Positions 38,022-49,027 of a stretch of 64,000 bases of DNA are shown here, piece by piece (position 1 is the stretch's first letter; every line of letters begins with the position of its first letter). The position numbers and the translations under genes are program-made. Below the pieces are notes generated by a model. It made no database searches and was not told where the DNA came from. It saw only the letters and a program-made list of their open reading frames with translations. This stretch comes from an uncultured Candidatus Entotheonella sp. (GTDB lineage: Bacteria > Tectomicrobia > Entotheonellia > Entotheonellales > Entotheonellaceae). The stretch lies in assembly GCA_965217185.1 (NCBI GenBank), contig OZ244252.1:544001-608000 (forward strand), written 5' to 3'.

Positions 38022-38852
38022 TCAATTGGATGGCGGGAAGAAGGGGACGCCGTACTTGGCGACGATCTCCGCGATGCGACCGCTGGCCACAAGCTTTTCA
38101 AGCTCTTGGTTGATTGCTGCCTTCAGATCCTGTTCCGTGCGTCGCACGGCAATCACTAGGCTGTATCGCATCCTGGGGTCGAGTTCGAACCCGTCGACAA
38201 TCGCTAAGCCGCTATCCGGGTTCTGATGAAGCCACCAGCCCACCTTGGAGGCGAGCAGAAGGCTGAATTCGACGTCGCCCTTTTGCAGGGCCGCGAGGCT
38301 TTCCTCGTTGAGGCGGTAGGGGTCGGTTTGAAAGCCGTCGCGGCTCAGAAATATGTCGCCGACGGTAAACATGACCACACCGATCTTTGCGTCTTTGGCA
38401 TCCGCCAGCGTCTTGGGGCTGCGTCCGTCCACCTTGCTGACAAGAACATAACCGGTGCCGAGATAGGGCCGGCTGATTTCGAGTCGTTTTTCTTTATATT
38501 CGTCAATCGTGTCTTCATCGTTGGGCAGGCCCATGAAGAATTCACACTTGCCATCATTGATCGAGCGGCGCAGGGCGCGGCTGAGACCGCCGCGGGTGCC
38601 GGTGTCAGCCCAATGGTAAGCGATCTGCAAGCCCATGCCTGCGGCGATTTCCTTGGCGATTTCGACGTCAAAGCCGGGCATGTTGGGGTCGGGGCTGGAG
38701 AAAGGCAAGTTGTAGGGGTCGGCACAGGCGACAATGGTGCCGCGTTCTTTGGCTCGTTCCAGGGCGGTCGGTGCGGCCGACGCCAGACCCGCACAGGCAA
38801 AAAGGACGATCAAGACCCAAACGATACTGCAGGTGTTTTGCCGTATCCGCAT
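38022..38852 (-). CDS. Quinoprotein dehydrogenase-associated periplasmic binding protein (MxaJ/XoxJ-like)
   Basis: Signal peptide, VACADPYNLPFS, PGFDVEIA, GKCE, SRPY; directly downstream of the PQQ dehydrogenase; start ATG 38852 behind GAGGA. Confidence 0.85.
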   Translation of the reverse strand: MRIRQNTCSIVWVLIVLFACAGLASAAPTALERAKERGTIVACADPYNLPFSSPDPNMPGFDVEIAKEIAAGMGLQIAYHWADTGTRGGLSRALRRSINDGKCEFFMGLPNDEDTIDEYKEKRLEISRPYLGTGYVLVSKVDGRSPKTLADAKDAKIGVVMFTVGDIFLSRDGFQTDPYRLNEESLAALQKGDVEFSLLLASKVGWWLHQNPDSGLAIVDGFELDPRMRYSLVIAVRRTEQDLKAAINQELEKLVASGRIAEIVAKYGVPFFPPSN

Positions 38853-38927
38853 AAATGCTTCCTCAAAAAAACGTGCTGCCATGGTCGGTCGAGACCCATG
38901 GCAGCACAGGACGATCAGGCGCTCAGA

Positions 38928-40706
38928 TTAGTGCAGGCCGAAAGTGATCAGGTGGCCGCCCTTCTGGTGCGTCTTCTTCCAGTTTTCGTCGAACATTTCG
39001 ATGCCCGTCTGGGCCTGTCCGACCACGACCGCCAGCATCTGCTCGCCGTCGACCGTGAAGGTATTCACGCCGCCCATGACGGAGGAACCGCAGTAGAAGC
39101 TCCATACCTGCGCTCCGGTGGTGGCGTTGAAGGCCTTGATGTAGCCGTCCGTGTCGCCGGCAAATACGAGGTTGCCAGCGGTTGCGGTGACACTGCTGCG
39201 GAACGGCATCGGGTTGTTGTGCACCCAAATGAGCTCGCCATTCCGGGCGTTGATGGCGCGCAATTCGCCGCCGCCGCCGTACCACTTCATGACCTTGATA
39301 CCCAGGAAGGTCTCGCCGCGCGTATAGCGCTCGCGCTTCGCCTGCAGGTCCATGCTATGGTCGCCGAAGGCGGGCACGTAAGCGATCTGGGTCTCGGGGT
39401 TGTAGGCCATGGGGTTCCATTCCTTGCCGCCGAACAGGGCAGGGTAGATACCCTCGGTCACCTTGTCATGGACAACGTCCATCTCCGGATAGGCGAAGAT
39501 CGGCCGACCGGTTTCGGGATCGAAGCCCCGGTTCCAGTTGACTTTGCCCAGAGGCACGGCGTAGTTGAAGCTGCCGTTGGTGCGGTCGATGGAGTAGAAA
39601 TGCCCGTTACGGTCCGCGTGGAGCCAAACCTGCTGGCCATCGATGTCGGCCAGGATGGTTTCGTTCACGCCGTCGTAGTCATACGGATCGTTCGGGGTGT
39701 ACTGGAAGTGGAACTTGATAGCCCCGGAGGCGGGGTCCAACGCGACGGTGGAGTTGGTGTACAGGTTGTCGCCCGGATGGGCATGACGATCCCACGGGCC
39801 AGGCTGGCCGACACCCCAGTAGATAGTGTCGAGGCCGGGGTCATAGGCTCCCGTCACCCACGCCGAACCGCCGCCGTACTTGTAGGAGTCGCCCGGCCAC
39901 GTGTCGCCGCCCGGCTCACCGGGGGCAGGAATGGTGTGCGTCTTCCACACTTCTTCGCCCGTCTCGGCGTCGCGCGCCGTGATGAAGCCGCGAATACCGA
40001 ACTCGGCGCCCGAGGTGCCGATGATGATCTTGCCGTCGAGGGCCAAGGGCATTACGGTGAAGCTGTAGGCGGATTTGTAGTCGGCCACGGTGTGGTCCCA
40101 AATGACCTGACCGCTGGCGGAATCGAGGGCGACCAAGTGGCCATCCAAGGTGGCAACGTAGAGATTGGTGCCATAGAGGGCCGGGCCGCGGTTGATCACG
40201 TCACAGCACAGATGCGGGAAGACGTCGCCCGGCAGCGGGTGGTCGTAACGCCACACCGTCCGGCCCGTCCGGCCATCCACGCGGAAGACGTGGTTGTAGG
40301 AGGAACTGACGAACAGGCTGCCGTTGAAAGCCATGGTCTGGCTGCCCTGGCTGTCCAGGACGCCGAACGACAAGACCCACTTCGGCACCAAGTCTCTGAC
40401 CGTTTCGGTGTTGATTTGGTCAAGTTGGCTGTAGCGGGTGTGGGAGTAATCCTTGCCGTACAGGATCCAGTTGTTGGGATCCTTGCCCGCGTTGAGGAGC
40501 ATGGAATCGGTGATGATACCGGGGGAAACGTACCCTTCGAGGATCTCGATGCGCGCCCCTTCTTCCTCGCCTTCGATCTCTTCAGACGAGTAACGCGATG
40601 CGTCCTCTCCCTCCTCGTGGGAAGCCGCCATGGCGGTTCCGCCCCAGACGATAAGCAAGCCCACCGCCATCAGGGCAATCAGGGACCTGAAATATCTGCT
40701 AGACAT
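38928..40706 (-). CDS. PQQ-dependent alcohol dehydrogenase (methanol/ethanol family, type I) with lanthanide-type motif
   Basis: Signal peptide, RYSQLDQIN, vicinal CCDVINRG, SGAEFGIRG, PGDNLY, DYDGVNE, HADRNG; no C-terminal heme domain; start ATG 40706 behind AGAGGAG. Confidence 0.93.
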   Translation of the reverse strand: MSSRYFRSLIALMAVGLLIVWGGTAMAASHEEGEDASRYSSEEIEGEEEGARIEILEGYVSPGIITDSMLLNAGKDPNNWILYGKDYSHTRYSQLDQINTETVRDLVPKWVLSFGVLDSQGSQTMAFNGSLFVSSSYNHVFRVDGRTGRTVWRYDHPLPGDVFPHLCCDVINRGPALYGTNLYVATLDGHLVALDSASGQVIWDHTVADYKSAYSFTVMPLALDGKIIIGTSGAEFGIRGFITARDAETGEEVWKTHTIPAPGEPGGDTWPGDSYKYGGGSAWVTGAYDPGLDTIYWGVGQPGPWDRHAHPGDNLYTNSTVALDPASGAIKFHFQYTPNDPYDYDGVNETILADIDGQQVWLHADRNGHFYSIDRTNGSFNYAVPLGKVNWNRGFDPETGRPIFAYPEMDVVHDKVTEGIYPALFGGKEWNPMAYNPETQIAYVPAFGDHSMDLQAKRERYTRGETFLGIKVMKWYGGGGELRAINARNGELIWVHNNPMPFRSSVTATAGNLVFAGDTDGYIKAFNATTGAQVWSFYCGSSVMGGVNTFTVDGEQMLAVVVGQAQTGIEMFDENWKKTHQKGGHLITFGLH

Positions 40707-40748
40707 ACTCTCTCCTCTTTCACAGTGGAAACCTGATAGTCCGCTTCG

Positions 40749-40858
40749 CAACAGTTCCTCCGCAAACCTCGAAACTCGTCTGGGTTGAGTGCACCCCTTT
40801 CGAGCCCTGGACCTCGGAGCCAACGCTGCCGTGGGTCCAGCTTTGCGAGGACCTGTTG
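40749..40858 (-). ncRNA. Candidate structured cis-regulatory RNA (three-way junction) in the PQQ dehydrogenase 5' leader
   Basis: Outer stem CAACAG.TCCTC.GCAAA / TTTGC.GAGGA.CTGTTG encloses hairpins CTGGACC/GGTCCAG and CTCGAAA/TTTCGAG; lies between the putative promoter and the RBS. Confidence 0.5.
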
Positions 40859-40869
40859 ACTTGCGGCGC

Positions 40870-40900
40870 ATATTTAGCCGTGTTCATTACGGCGTGTCAA
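40870..40900 (-). promoter_or_regulatory. Putative promoter for the PQQ dehydrogenase unit
   Basis: TTGACA-N18-TAAATAT on the minus strand, directly upstream of the structured leader. Confidence 0.45.
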
Positions 40901-40993
40901 CAGGAAAAATTGGGCGGCGTGAAGACGTTCTGAGCACCGCGCGGCGGCGGGGAGCGACTTTCAAAGACCGGTGGCGAGAGCCAAACCTTGGTC

Positions 40994-41022
40994 TTGACAG
41001 TGCCAAGCGAATTTGTACTAAT
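40994..41022 (+). promoter_or_regulatory. Putative divergent promoter for the cyclase-family gene
   Basis: TTGACA-N16-TACTAAT. Confidence 0.45.
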
Positions 41023-41133
41023 GCGCACTCACGTCGGCCGGGTGTTGCCCGGACGTCTGTCTTCCAGAAGGGGCACGACCTTGTGCAGGGCGTGGCCCCT
41101 TAAACTTGTTGAGATTCTAGGGAAGGAGAGAGG

Positions 41134-42195
41134 ATGATGAAGTATCGCCGAAACGCCTTGAGGCTCGGCTTTGCGGTTGGGGCTTGTATGCTTGCCTTGC
41201 TGGTTGGGACAGCCATGGCGGGGAACAATCCGGCGGATGAAAACTGGTGGCCGAGCGAATTCGGTGCCGATGATCAAGCCGGCGCGGTGAAATACATCAC
41301 CCCGGAGAAAGTCGTGGCGGCAGCCCAGTTGGTGAAGAAGGGCATGACGGCTACGTTGGGTATGCCCTATTACAATGGCATGCCGCTGGTGCCGGGCCGC
41401 ACGTTTGCCCTGAGCATTCCCGGCGGCGGAACGCCGACCCACGGCCCGCTGAACTGGGAAGGCGACAGTTACCAAATGACCTTCATGGACGAATTGCTGA
41501 CCGCCGAGATCGGACAGGTGGGCACGCAGTGGGACGGCCTGGGTCACCCGATGATCAAGGTCGCCGGTGTTCCCGGCTGGGAAGACGGCAATTATTTCTA
41601 TAACGGGTTTCGTCTTGAAGATGTGGGCAGTCCCCGCGGTTTGAATGCTGTGGGTAACGAACACCTGGCCGAGATCGGCTTCTTCACGCGCGGCATCCTG
41701 ATCGACATCGCCACCTTGAAGGGTGTGGACCGGCTGGACAAGGGCTATGCCATCACCATGGCCGACTACGAAGCCGCTTTGGCGGCGCAGGGCATTGACG
41801 ATGCCAGCCAGGGTGACGTGGTCCTGTTCCGCACCGGCTGGAATAGCCTGTGGAAGGATTACTCATCTATAGATCCGATGACGATTGCGGAAGTCGGCTC
41901 CGGTGAGCCCGGCGTCAGCCCGGAAGTCTGCGATCACCTGGCAGCCAAGAAGATCTCCATGATCGGTTCCGACACTTGGGGCCTGGAGCCGTACGATTTT
42001 TCCAAGGGCATGCCTGAGAGCTACTTCGCCTATTGCCACATGAACCTGGTCGCCCGTCGCGGCATCACCAACTTTGAGAACCTCGACCTGGACAAGCTGT
42101 CCCGCGAGAAGGCTTATGAGTTCGCCTTTGCGTGGTCGCCGCTCAAGCTCGTCGGCGCCACCGGATCGCCGGGAAATCCTGTCGCCGCCTGGTAA
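41134..42195 (+). CDS. Secreted cyclase-family (kynurenine formamidase/isatin hydrolase-like) metal hydrolase
   Basis: Signal peptide AMA|G, FGADDQAG, QVGTQWDGLGH metal motif, RGILID, GDVVLFRTG, FENL, GATGSPGNPVA. Confidence 0.87.
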   Translation: MMKYRRNALRLGFAVGACMLALLVGTAMAGNNPADENWWPSEFGADDQAGAVKYITPEKVVAAAQLVKKGMTATLGMPYYNGMPLVPGRTFALSIPGGGTPTHGPLNWEGDSYQMTFMDELLTAEIGQVGTQWDGLGHPMIKVAGVPGWEDGNYFYNGFRLEDVGSPRGLNAVGNEHLAEIGFFTRGILIDIATLKGVDRLDKGYAITMADYEAALAAQGIDDASQGDVVLFRTGWNSLWKDYSSIDPMTIAEVGSGEPGVSPEVCDHLAAKKISMIGSDTWGLEPYDFSKGMPESYFAYCHMNLVARRGITNFENLDLDKLSREKAYEFAFAWSPLKLVGATGSPGNPVAAW

Positions 42196-42215
42196 GTTAG
42201 AGGCGTTGTGTGTCG

Positions 42216-42252
42216 AGCGGAGTCGGTCTCCGGGCCGGCTCCGCTTTGGTTT
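42216..42252 (+). terminator. Intrinsic terminator after the cyclase gene
   Basis: AGCGGAGTCGGTC / GGCCGGCTCCGCT stem followed by TTGGTTT. Confidence 0.7.
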
Positions 42253-42318
42253 GCCCGAAGATGGGTTTTATTTGACTGCATTTGATCAGAGTTGCCGCTG
42301 ACGAAGGAGGAGAGACGC

Positions 42319-43935
42319 ATGGGTTGCCGGCCAGGCACCTACCTGGAGTTGCACCGTTACGGACGGCGTGCCTGCCGTCTTGGCATCGTCCTGTTGCTGA
42401 TTGTGGCTCTTTTGCCCGCCGGCGTGCTGTATGGACAGGAGGAGATGCAACAGGACGCGGTAGGGCAGGAGATCGAGTTGCCTTCCGCAGGCGAGGCGCC
42501 GTCGGCCATGGGCGAGCGGGTGCTCGAGTTGACGCTCGAAGATGCCATCCAATTGGCCCTGCAGAACAGCTTGGCAATCGAACGCGAACGCTTCGGGCCG
42601 CTCATTGCGCTGACCGATATCGACCGGGCCAAGGTGGAGTTCGACCCGAAGGTTGGCGCGGAAGTGAACGTGTCGGAGACGCAGAATCTGCGCACGAACC
42701 AGAACCCGATATTCATGCCCATCCTCGACAGCCGCAGCACGCTTTCCGCTTACCTTCGCCACACCATTGTCACCGGTGGCAACTATGAGCTTCGATTTGT
42801 CACGGCTCGCAGTGACCAGTCACCTGACAACGCCGGCTTCGGTCAACGCATCCACAACCCCCTGTTTGAGAACAGTCTTGAACTGACCTTCACGCACCCG
42901 TTACTGCAGAATTTCGGTATTTCGGTTAACAAGGCGCCGATGCGACAGGCGGAGATCAGAGAGCAGATCGCCGAGCAGAACGTCGTTCAGGCGATTCTGG
43001 ATACGGTGTTTGCCGTGCACAGGGGCTACTGGGACCTGGTTTTTCGCATCCAGGACCTGGAGGCCAAGCGTGAGTCGCAGCAACTCGCGGAAGACTTCCT
43101 GGCGGAGAACACCGTGCGGGTGGAATTGGGCACGCTGGCGCCGATTGAGTTGGTGCAGGCCGAGACGCAGGTGAAAACGCGGCAGGGAGACGTCATCGTG
43201 GCGGAGGCCGCGCTGCGCGATGCGGACGATCAGCTCAAGGCCGTTCTGAATATACCGGAGAGCATGGGCTCCTGGGGTGTGCGCCTGCAACCGACCGATA
43301 GTCCGTCTATTGCGCCGGTGTCAACGGCCGCCGTCGAGGAGCAGGTCGACATTGCCCTGCGGCAGCGGCCCGACTACCTCAGCTCGCAGTTGGACATCAG
43401 AATACGGGAGAGTTTGCGGGACGAGGCGCGCAATCTCAGTCTGCCGCGCCTGGACGTTATCGGCACCGGCAGGCTGAATGCTCACGATGCTGAAATTGGC
43501 GACGCCTTTTCCAATATCCCGGATGGCGATGGCTACCAATGGGCCGTCGGTCTGCAAATGGAGATTACCCTGGGCAGCCGCGCCAAGCGCGTTCTGATCG
43601 ACCAACGCCAGTTGGAACTGCGTCAGGCGCGCATCGACCAACGCCAGCTCATGCTTGCTATTGTCCAGCAAATTCGCCAGGCGGTGCGCAGTATCCAAAC
43701 CAATATCCAGCGTGTGGAAGTCACCCGTTCGGCCACCATGCTGGCGCGCACCCAGCTTGAAGCGGAGCAGGAAAAATTCCGTCTCGGCCTGTCGACCAGC
43801 TTTAACGTGCTGGAATTTCAGGAAGACCTGACCAACGCGCTGAGCAATGAGACACGGGCGCTGAGTGACTACAACGTCGCGTTGGCGCAACTCGACCAAT
43901 TGACCGGCATGATGCAGTATCACGACGTGCAGTAG
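42319..43935 (+). CDS. TolC family outer-membrane efflux protein
   Basis: LTLEDAIQLALQN, two OEP repeats, KFRLGLSTSFNVLEFQ, LDQLTG; RBS GGAGG before ATG 42319. Confidence 0.9.
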   Translation: MGCRPGTYLELHRYGRRACRLGIVLLLIVALLPAGVLYGQEEMQQDAVGQEIELPSAGEAPSAMGERVLELTLEDAIQLALQNSLAIERERFGPLIALTDIDRAKVEFDPKVGAEVNVSETQNLRTNQNPIFMPILDSRSTLSAYLRHTIVTGGNYELRFVTARSDQSPDNAGFGQRIHNPLFENSLELTFTHPLLQNFGISVNKAPMRQAEIREQIAEQNVVQAILDTVFAVHRGYWDLVFRIQDLEAKRESQQLAEDFLAENTVRVELGTLAPIELVQAETQVKTRQGDVIVAEAALRDADDQLKAVLNIPESMGSWGVRLQPTDSPSIAPVSTAAVEEQVDIALRQRPDYLSSQLDIRIRESLRDEARNLSLPRLDVIGTGRLNAHDAEIGDAFSNIPDGDGYQWAVGLQMEITLGSRAKRVLIDQRQLELRQARIDQRQLMLAIVQQIRQAVRSIQTNIQRVEVTRSATMLARTQLEAEQEKFRLGLSTSFNVLEFQEDLTNALSNETRALSDYNVALAQLDQLTGMMQYHDVQ

Positions 43936-43983
43936 TCCGGCGATATTTCATCCCTTCATCACGCCTTCCTCTGATGTGCAACT

Positions 43984-46792
<2,809 letters not shown>

Positions 46793-46806
<14 letters not shown>

Positions 46807-47584
46807 CCACCGCCGCATCAGATTGCTGATTGCCTACAACGGCGCGCGCTACCACGGCTGGCAGTTGCAGCCGCGGGCGGTTACGGTGCAGGGTACCCTG
46901 GAGTCCTGCCTGTCACGCATGACGAACGGTTCGGTACGCCTGCACGCCGCCGGTCGCACCGATGCCGGGGTACATGCCCTGGGGCAGGTAGCACATTTCG
47001 ACACCGCTTCCGACATTGCCACGGCGTCGCTGGTGCGAGGACTGAACAGCATGCTGCCGGATGACATCGTGGTGCGGCGAGCCGTCGAGGCGCCGGCAGA
47101 CTTTCACGCCCGCTATGACGCGGTACGCAAGACGTACGTGTATCAACTGCACAATCATTCCGTTCCGTCGCTGCTGCGTGCCCAGTATGCGTGGCACGTG
47201 CCGCAGCGTCTCGACGTGCCTGCCATGAAGGCAGCCGCGCAGTTGTTAGCGGGCCGGCACGACTTTTCCGCCTTTCGGGTTGCGTTGCGGGCCGACGCGC
47301 GCCAGCCGGTGCGCTGCTTGTACCGATTGGCTTTGCGGCACCAGCCGCCCCGCCTTGTCTTCGTTCTGAGAGCCGACGGCTTTTTGTACCGCATGGCGCG
47401 TAGTATCGTTGGCACCCTGGTGGCGGTCGGGCGCGGCGCCATGCCGGCCGAAGCGGTCGGCGACATGCTGCGTGCCAGGCAGCGGCAACTGGCTGGGCCC
47501 ACCGCACCGGCACATGGCTTGTTCCTGGTGCACGTGTCCTATCGGCGGGGCAAGGCTTGCATGTTCCGCGCCGGTAGTCGATAA
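46793..47584 (+). CDS. truA: tRNA pseudouridine(38-40) synthase
   Basis: [44 protein letters not shown]; start ATG 46793 overlaps the uvrA stop. Confidence 0.96.
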
Positions 47585-47647
47585 TCCGCACCGCAGCGGC
47601 TGCCGGAAGTATGTAAGGCCGCGTTCACGCCTTTACGACTACATCAA

Positions 47648-48214
47648 ATGACACAGACCATGCCCATGCCCACGATGTCCCATCTTCGGCAGGTTCTGCC
47701 GTTAGCTCTGACCCTGTTTGTCCTCTGGTTGATTCTTTCCGGGAAATTCGACGCCTTTCACGTGTCCATTGGCGCCGTCAGCGCCCTGTGCATCGCGCTG
47801 GGGACGCGCCGCTTGCTGCTTTTGCCGCCCGATATCGGACCGCCGGGCACGCACCCGGCAAATGTCCTGCCGTTGCGCTTCCTGGGCTACATCCCGTGGC
47901 TCATCTGGCAGATCATCGCGTCGAGCCTGCACGTCGCCTACGTCGTCCTGCACCCCAGGATGCCCATTCAGCCGCGCCTGCTGCGCTTTGACACCTCGTT
48001 TCCGCACGTCTTGGCGCAATTGACCCTCGCCACTTCGATCACCCTGACACCGGGCACCGTCACCCTCGACGTCGAGGGTGACGAATTTCTCGTGCATGCC
48101 CTCACGGACACCAGCGCGCAGGGGCTGGAACCGCAGGGCGGCCCCATGCATCGGCGCGTGGCGGCGCTGTTCCAGCCAGCGCCCACCGGCCAAGGCACAA
48201 GATCAACACGATGA
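47648..48214 (+). CDS. mrpE: Na+/H+ antiporter subunit E
   Basis: WLILSG, SITLTPGT, LVHAL. Confidence 0.92.
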   Translation: MTQTMPMPTMSHLRQVLPLALTLFVLWLILSGKFDAFHVSIGAVSALCIALGTRRLLLLPPDIGPPGTHPANVLPLRFLGYIPWLIWQIIASSLHVAYVVLHPRMPIQPRLLRFDTSFPHVLAQLTLATSITLTPGTVTLDVEGDEFLVHALTDTSAQGLEPQGGPMHRRVAALFQPAPTGQGTRSTR

Positions 48215-48483
48215 ATACCTATTTTCTCGGCGCCGCGCTTGCGCTTGCGGTCGCTATGACGCTGTCGCTTTACCGCGTGTTACGCGGTCCGACGATTTTT
48301 GACCGCCTGGCGGGTCTGGGCCTCATCGGCACCAAGACGATCGTGCTGCTGGTGCTGCTGGGCTTCCTGACCGACCGGGTGGAAATCTTCGTGGACATCA
48401 CGCTGGCGTACGGCCTGATCAGCTTCATCGGCAGCGTGGTGCTGGCGAAGTACTTTGAACAAAAGGGAGCCGACGAGCCATGA
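48211..48483 (+). CDS. mrpF: Na+/H+ antiporter subunit F
   Basis: RGPTIFDR, three TM helices. Confidence 0.92.
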   Translation: MNTYFLGAALALAVAMTLSLYRVLRGPTIFDRLAGLGLIGTKTIVLLVLLGFLTDRVEIFVDITLAYGLISFIGSVVLAKYFEQKGADEP

Positions 48484-48785
48484 CCCTCGCCGCCAACGTC
48501 CTGCTGATCATCGGTCTGGTGTTCATCATGCTGGGCGTGCTGGGCATTCTGCGCCTGCCCGATTTTTACACCCGCCTGCACGCCATGGGCAAATGCGACA
48601 CCCTGGGCGTGGCTCTGGTGCTGATCGCGCTGGCCATTCACGAGGGCGTTTCGCTATACAGCCTGAAGATCCTGCTGATTTCGGTTTGCATTGGCTTGGC
48701 GAACCCGGCGGCCACGCATGCGCTGGGCCGGGCTGCGTACAGGTCCGGGTTGATGCCCTGGCGCGGTGGCGAGGAGCGCTCGTAA
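48480..48785 (+). CDS. mrpG: Na+/H+ antiporter subunit G
   Basis: RLPDFYTRLHA, DTLG, PAATHAL. Confidence 0.93.
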   Translation: MTLAANVLLIIGLVFIMLGVLGILRLPDFYTRLHAMGKCDTLGVALVLIALAIHEGVSLYSLKILLISVCIGLANPAATHALGRAAYRSGLMPWRGGEERS

Positions 48786-49027
48786 TGGTGTCGCTGTCCA
48801 TTTTCTTCCAGGTATTGATCGTGGTTTGCGCGGTGGCCGCGGTGTTCACACACGATCTGCTGGCGGCGGTGGCGATTTTCGGGGCTTTCAGCTTTTTCTC
48901 GGCTATCTATTTCGCCATCCTCGGGGCGCTCGACGTGGCCTTTACCGAGGCGGCGGTCGGTGCGGTGATTACCACGGTGTTTTTCGTCACGGCCATTTTC
49001 CGCACGGCGCGGAGGACCAAGCGGTGA
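48785..49027 (+). CDS. Mrp small subunit, DUF4040/MbhD-like
   Basis: MVSLSIFF...ALDVAFTEAAVGA; ATG overlaps the mrpG stop. Confidence 0.85.
   Translation: MVSLSIFFQVLIVVCAVAAVFTHDLLAAVAIFGAFSFFSAIYFAILGALDVAFTEAAVGAVITTVFFVTAIFRTARRTKR

Noticed and set aside
38226..40736. 836-aa plus-strand ORF
   Set aside because: Antisense shadow of the PQQ dehydrogenase and XoxJ-like genes; no motifs; long antisense ORFs are expected in high-GC coding DNA.
43936..43983. LexA/SOS box upstream of uvrA
   Set aside because: No CTGT-N8-ACAG or GAAC-N4-GTTC motif seen in the 48-bp gap.
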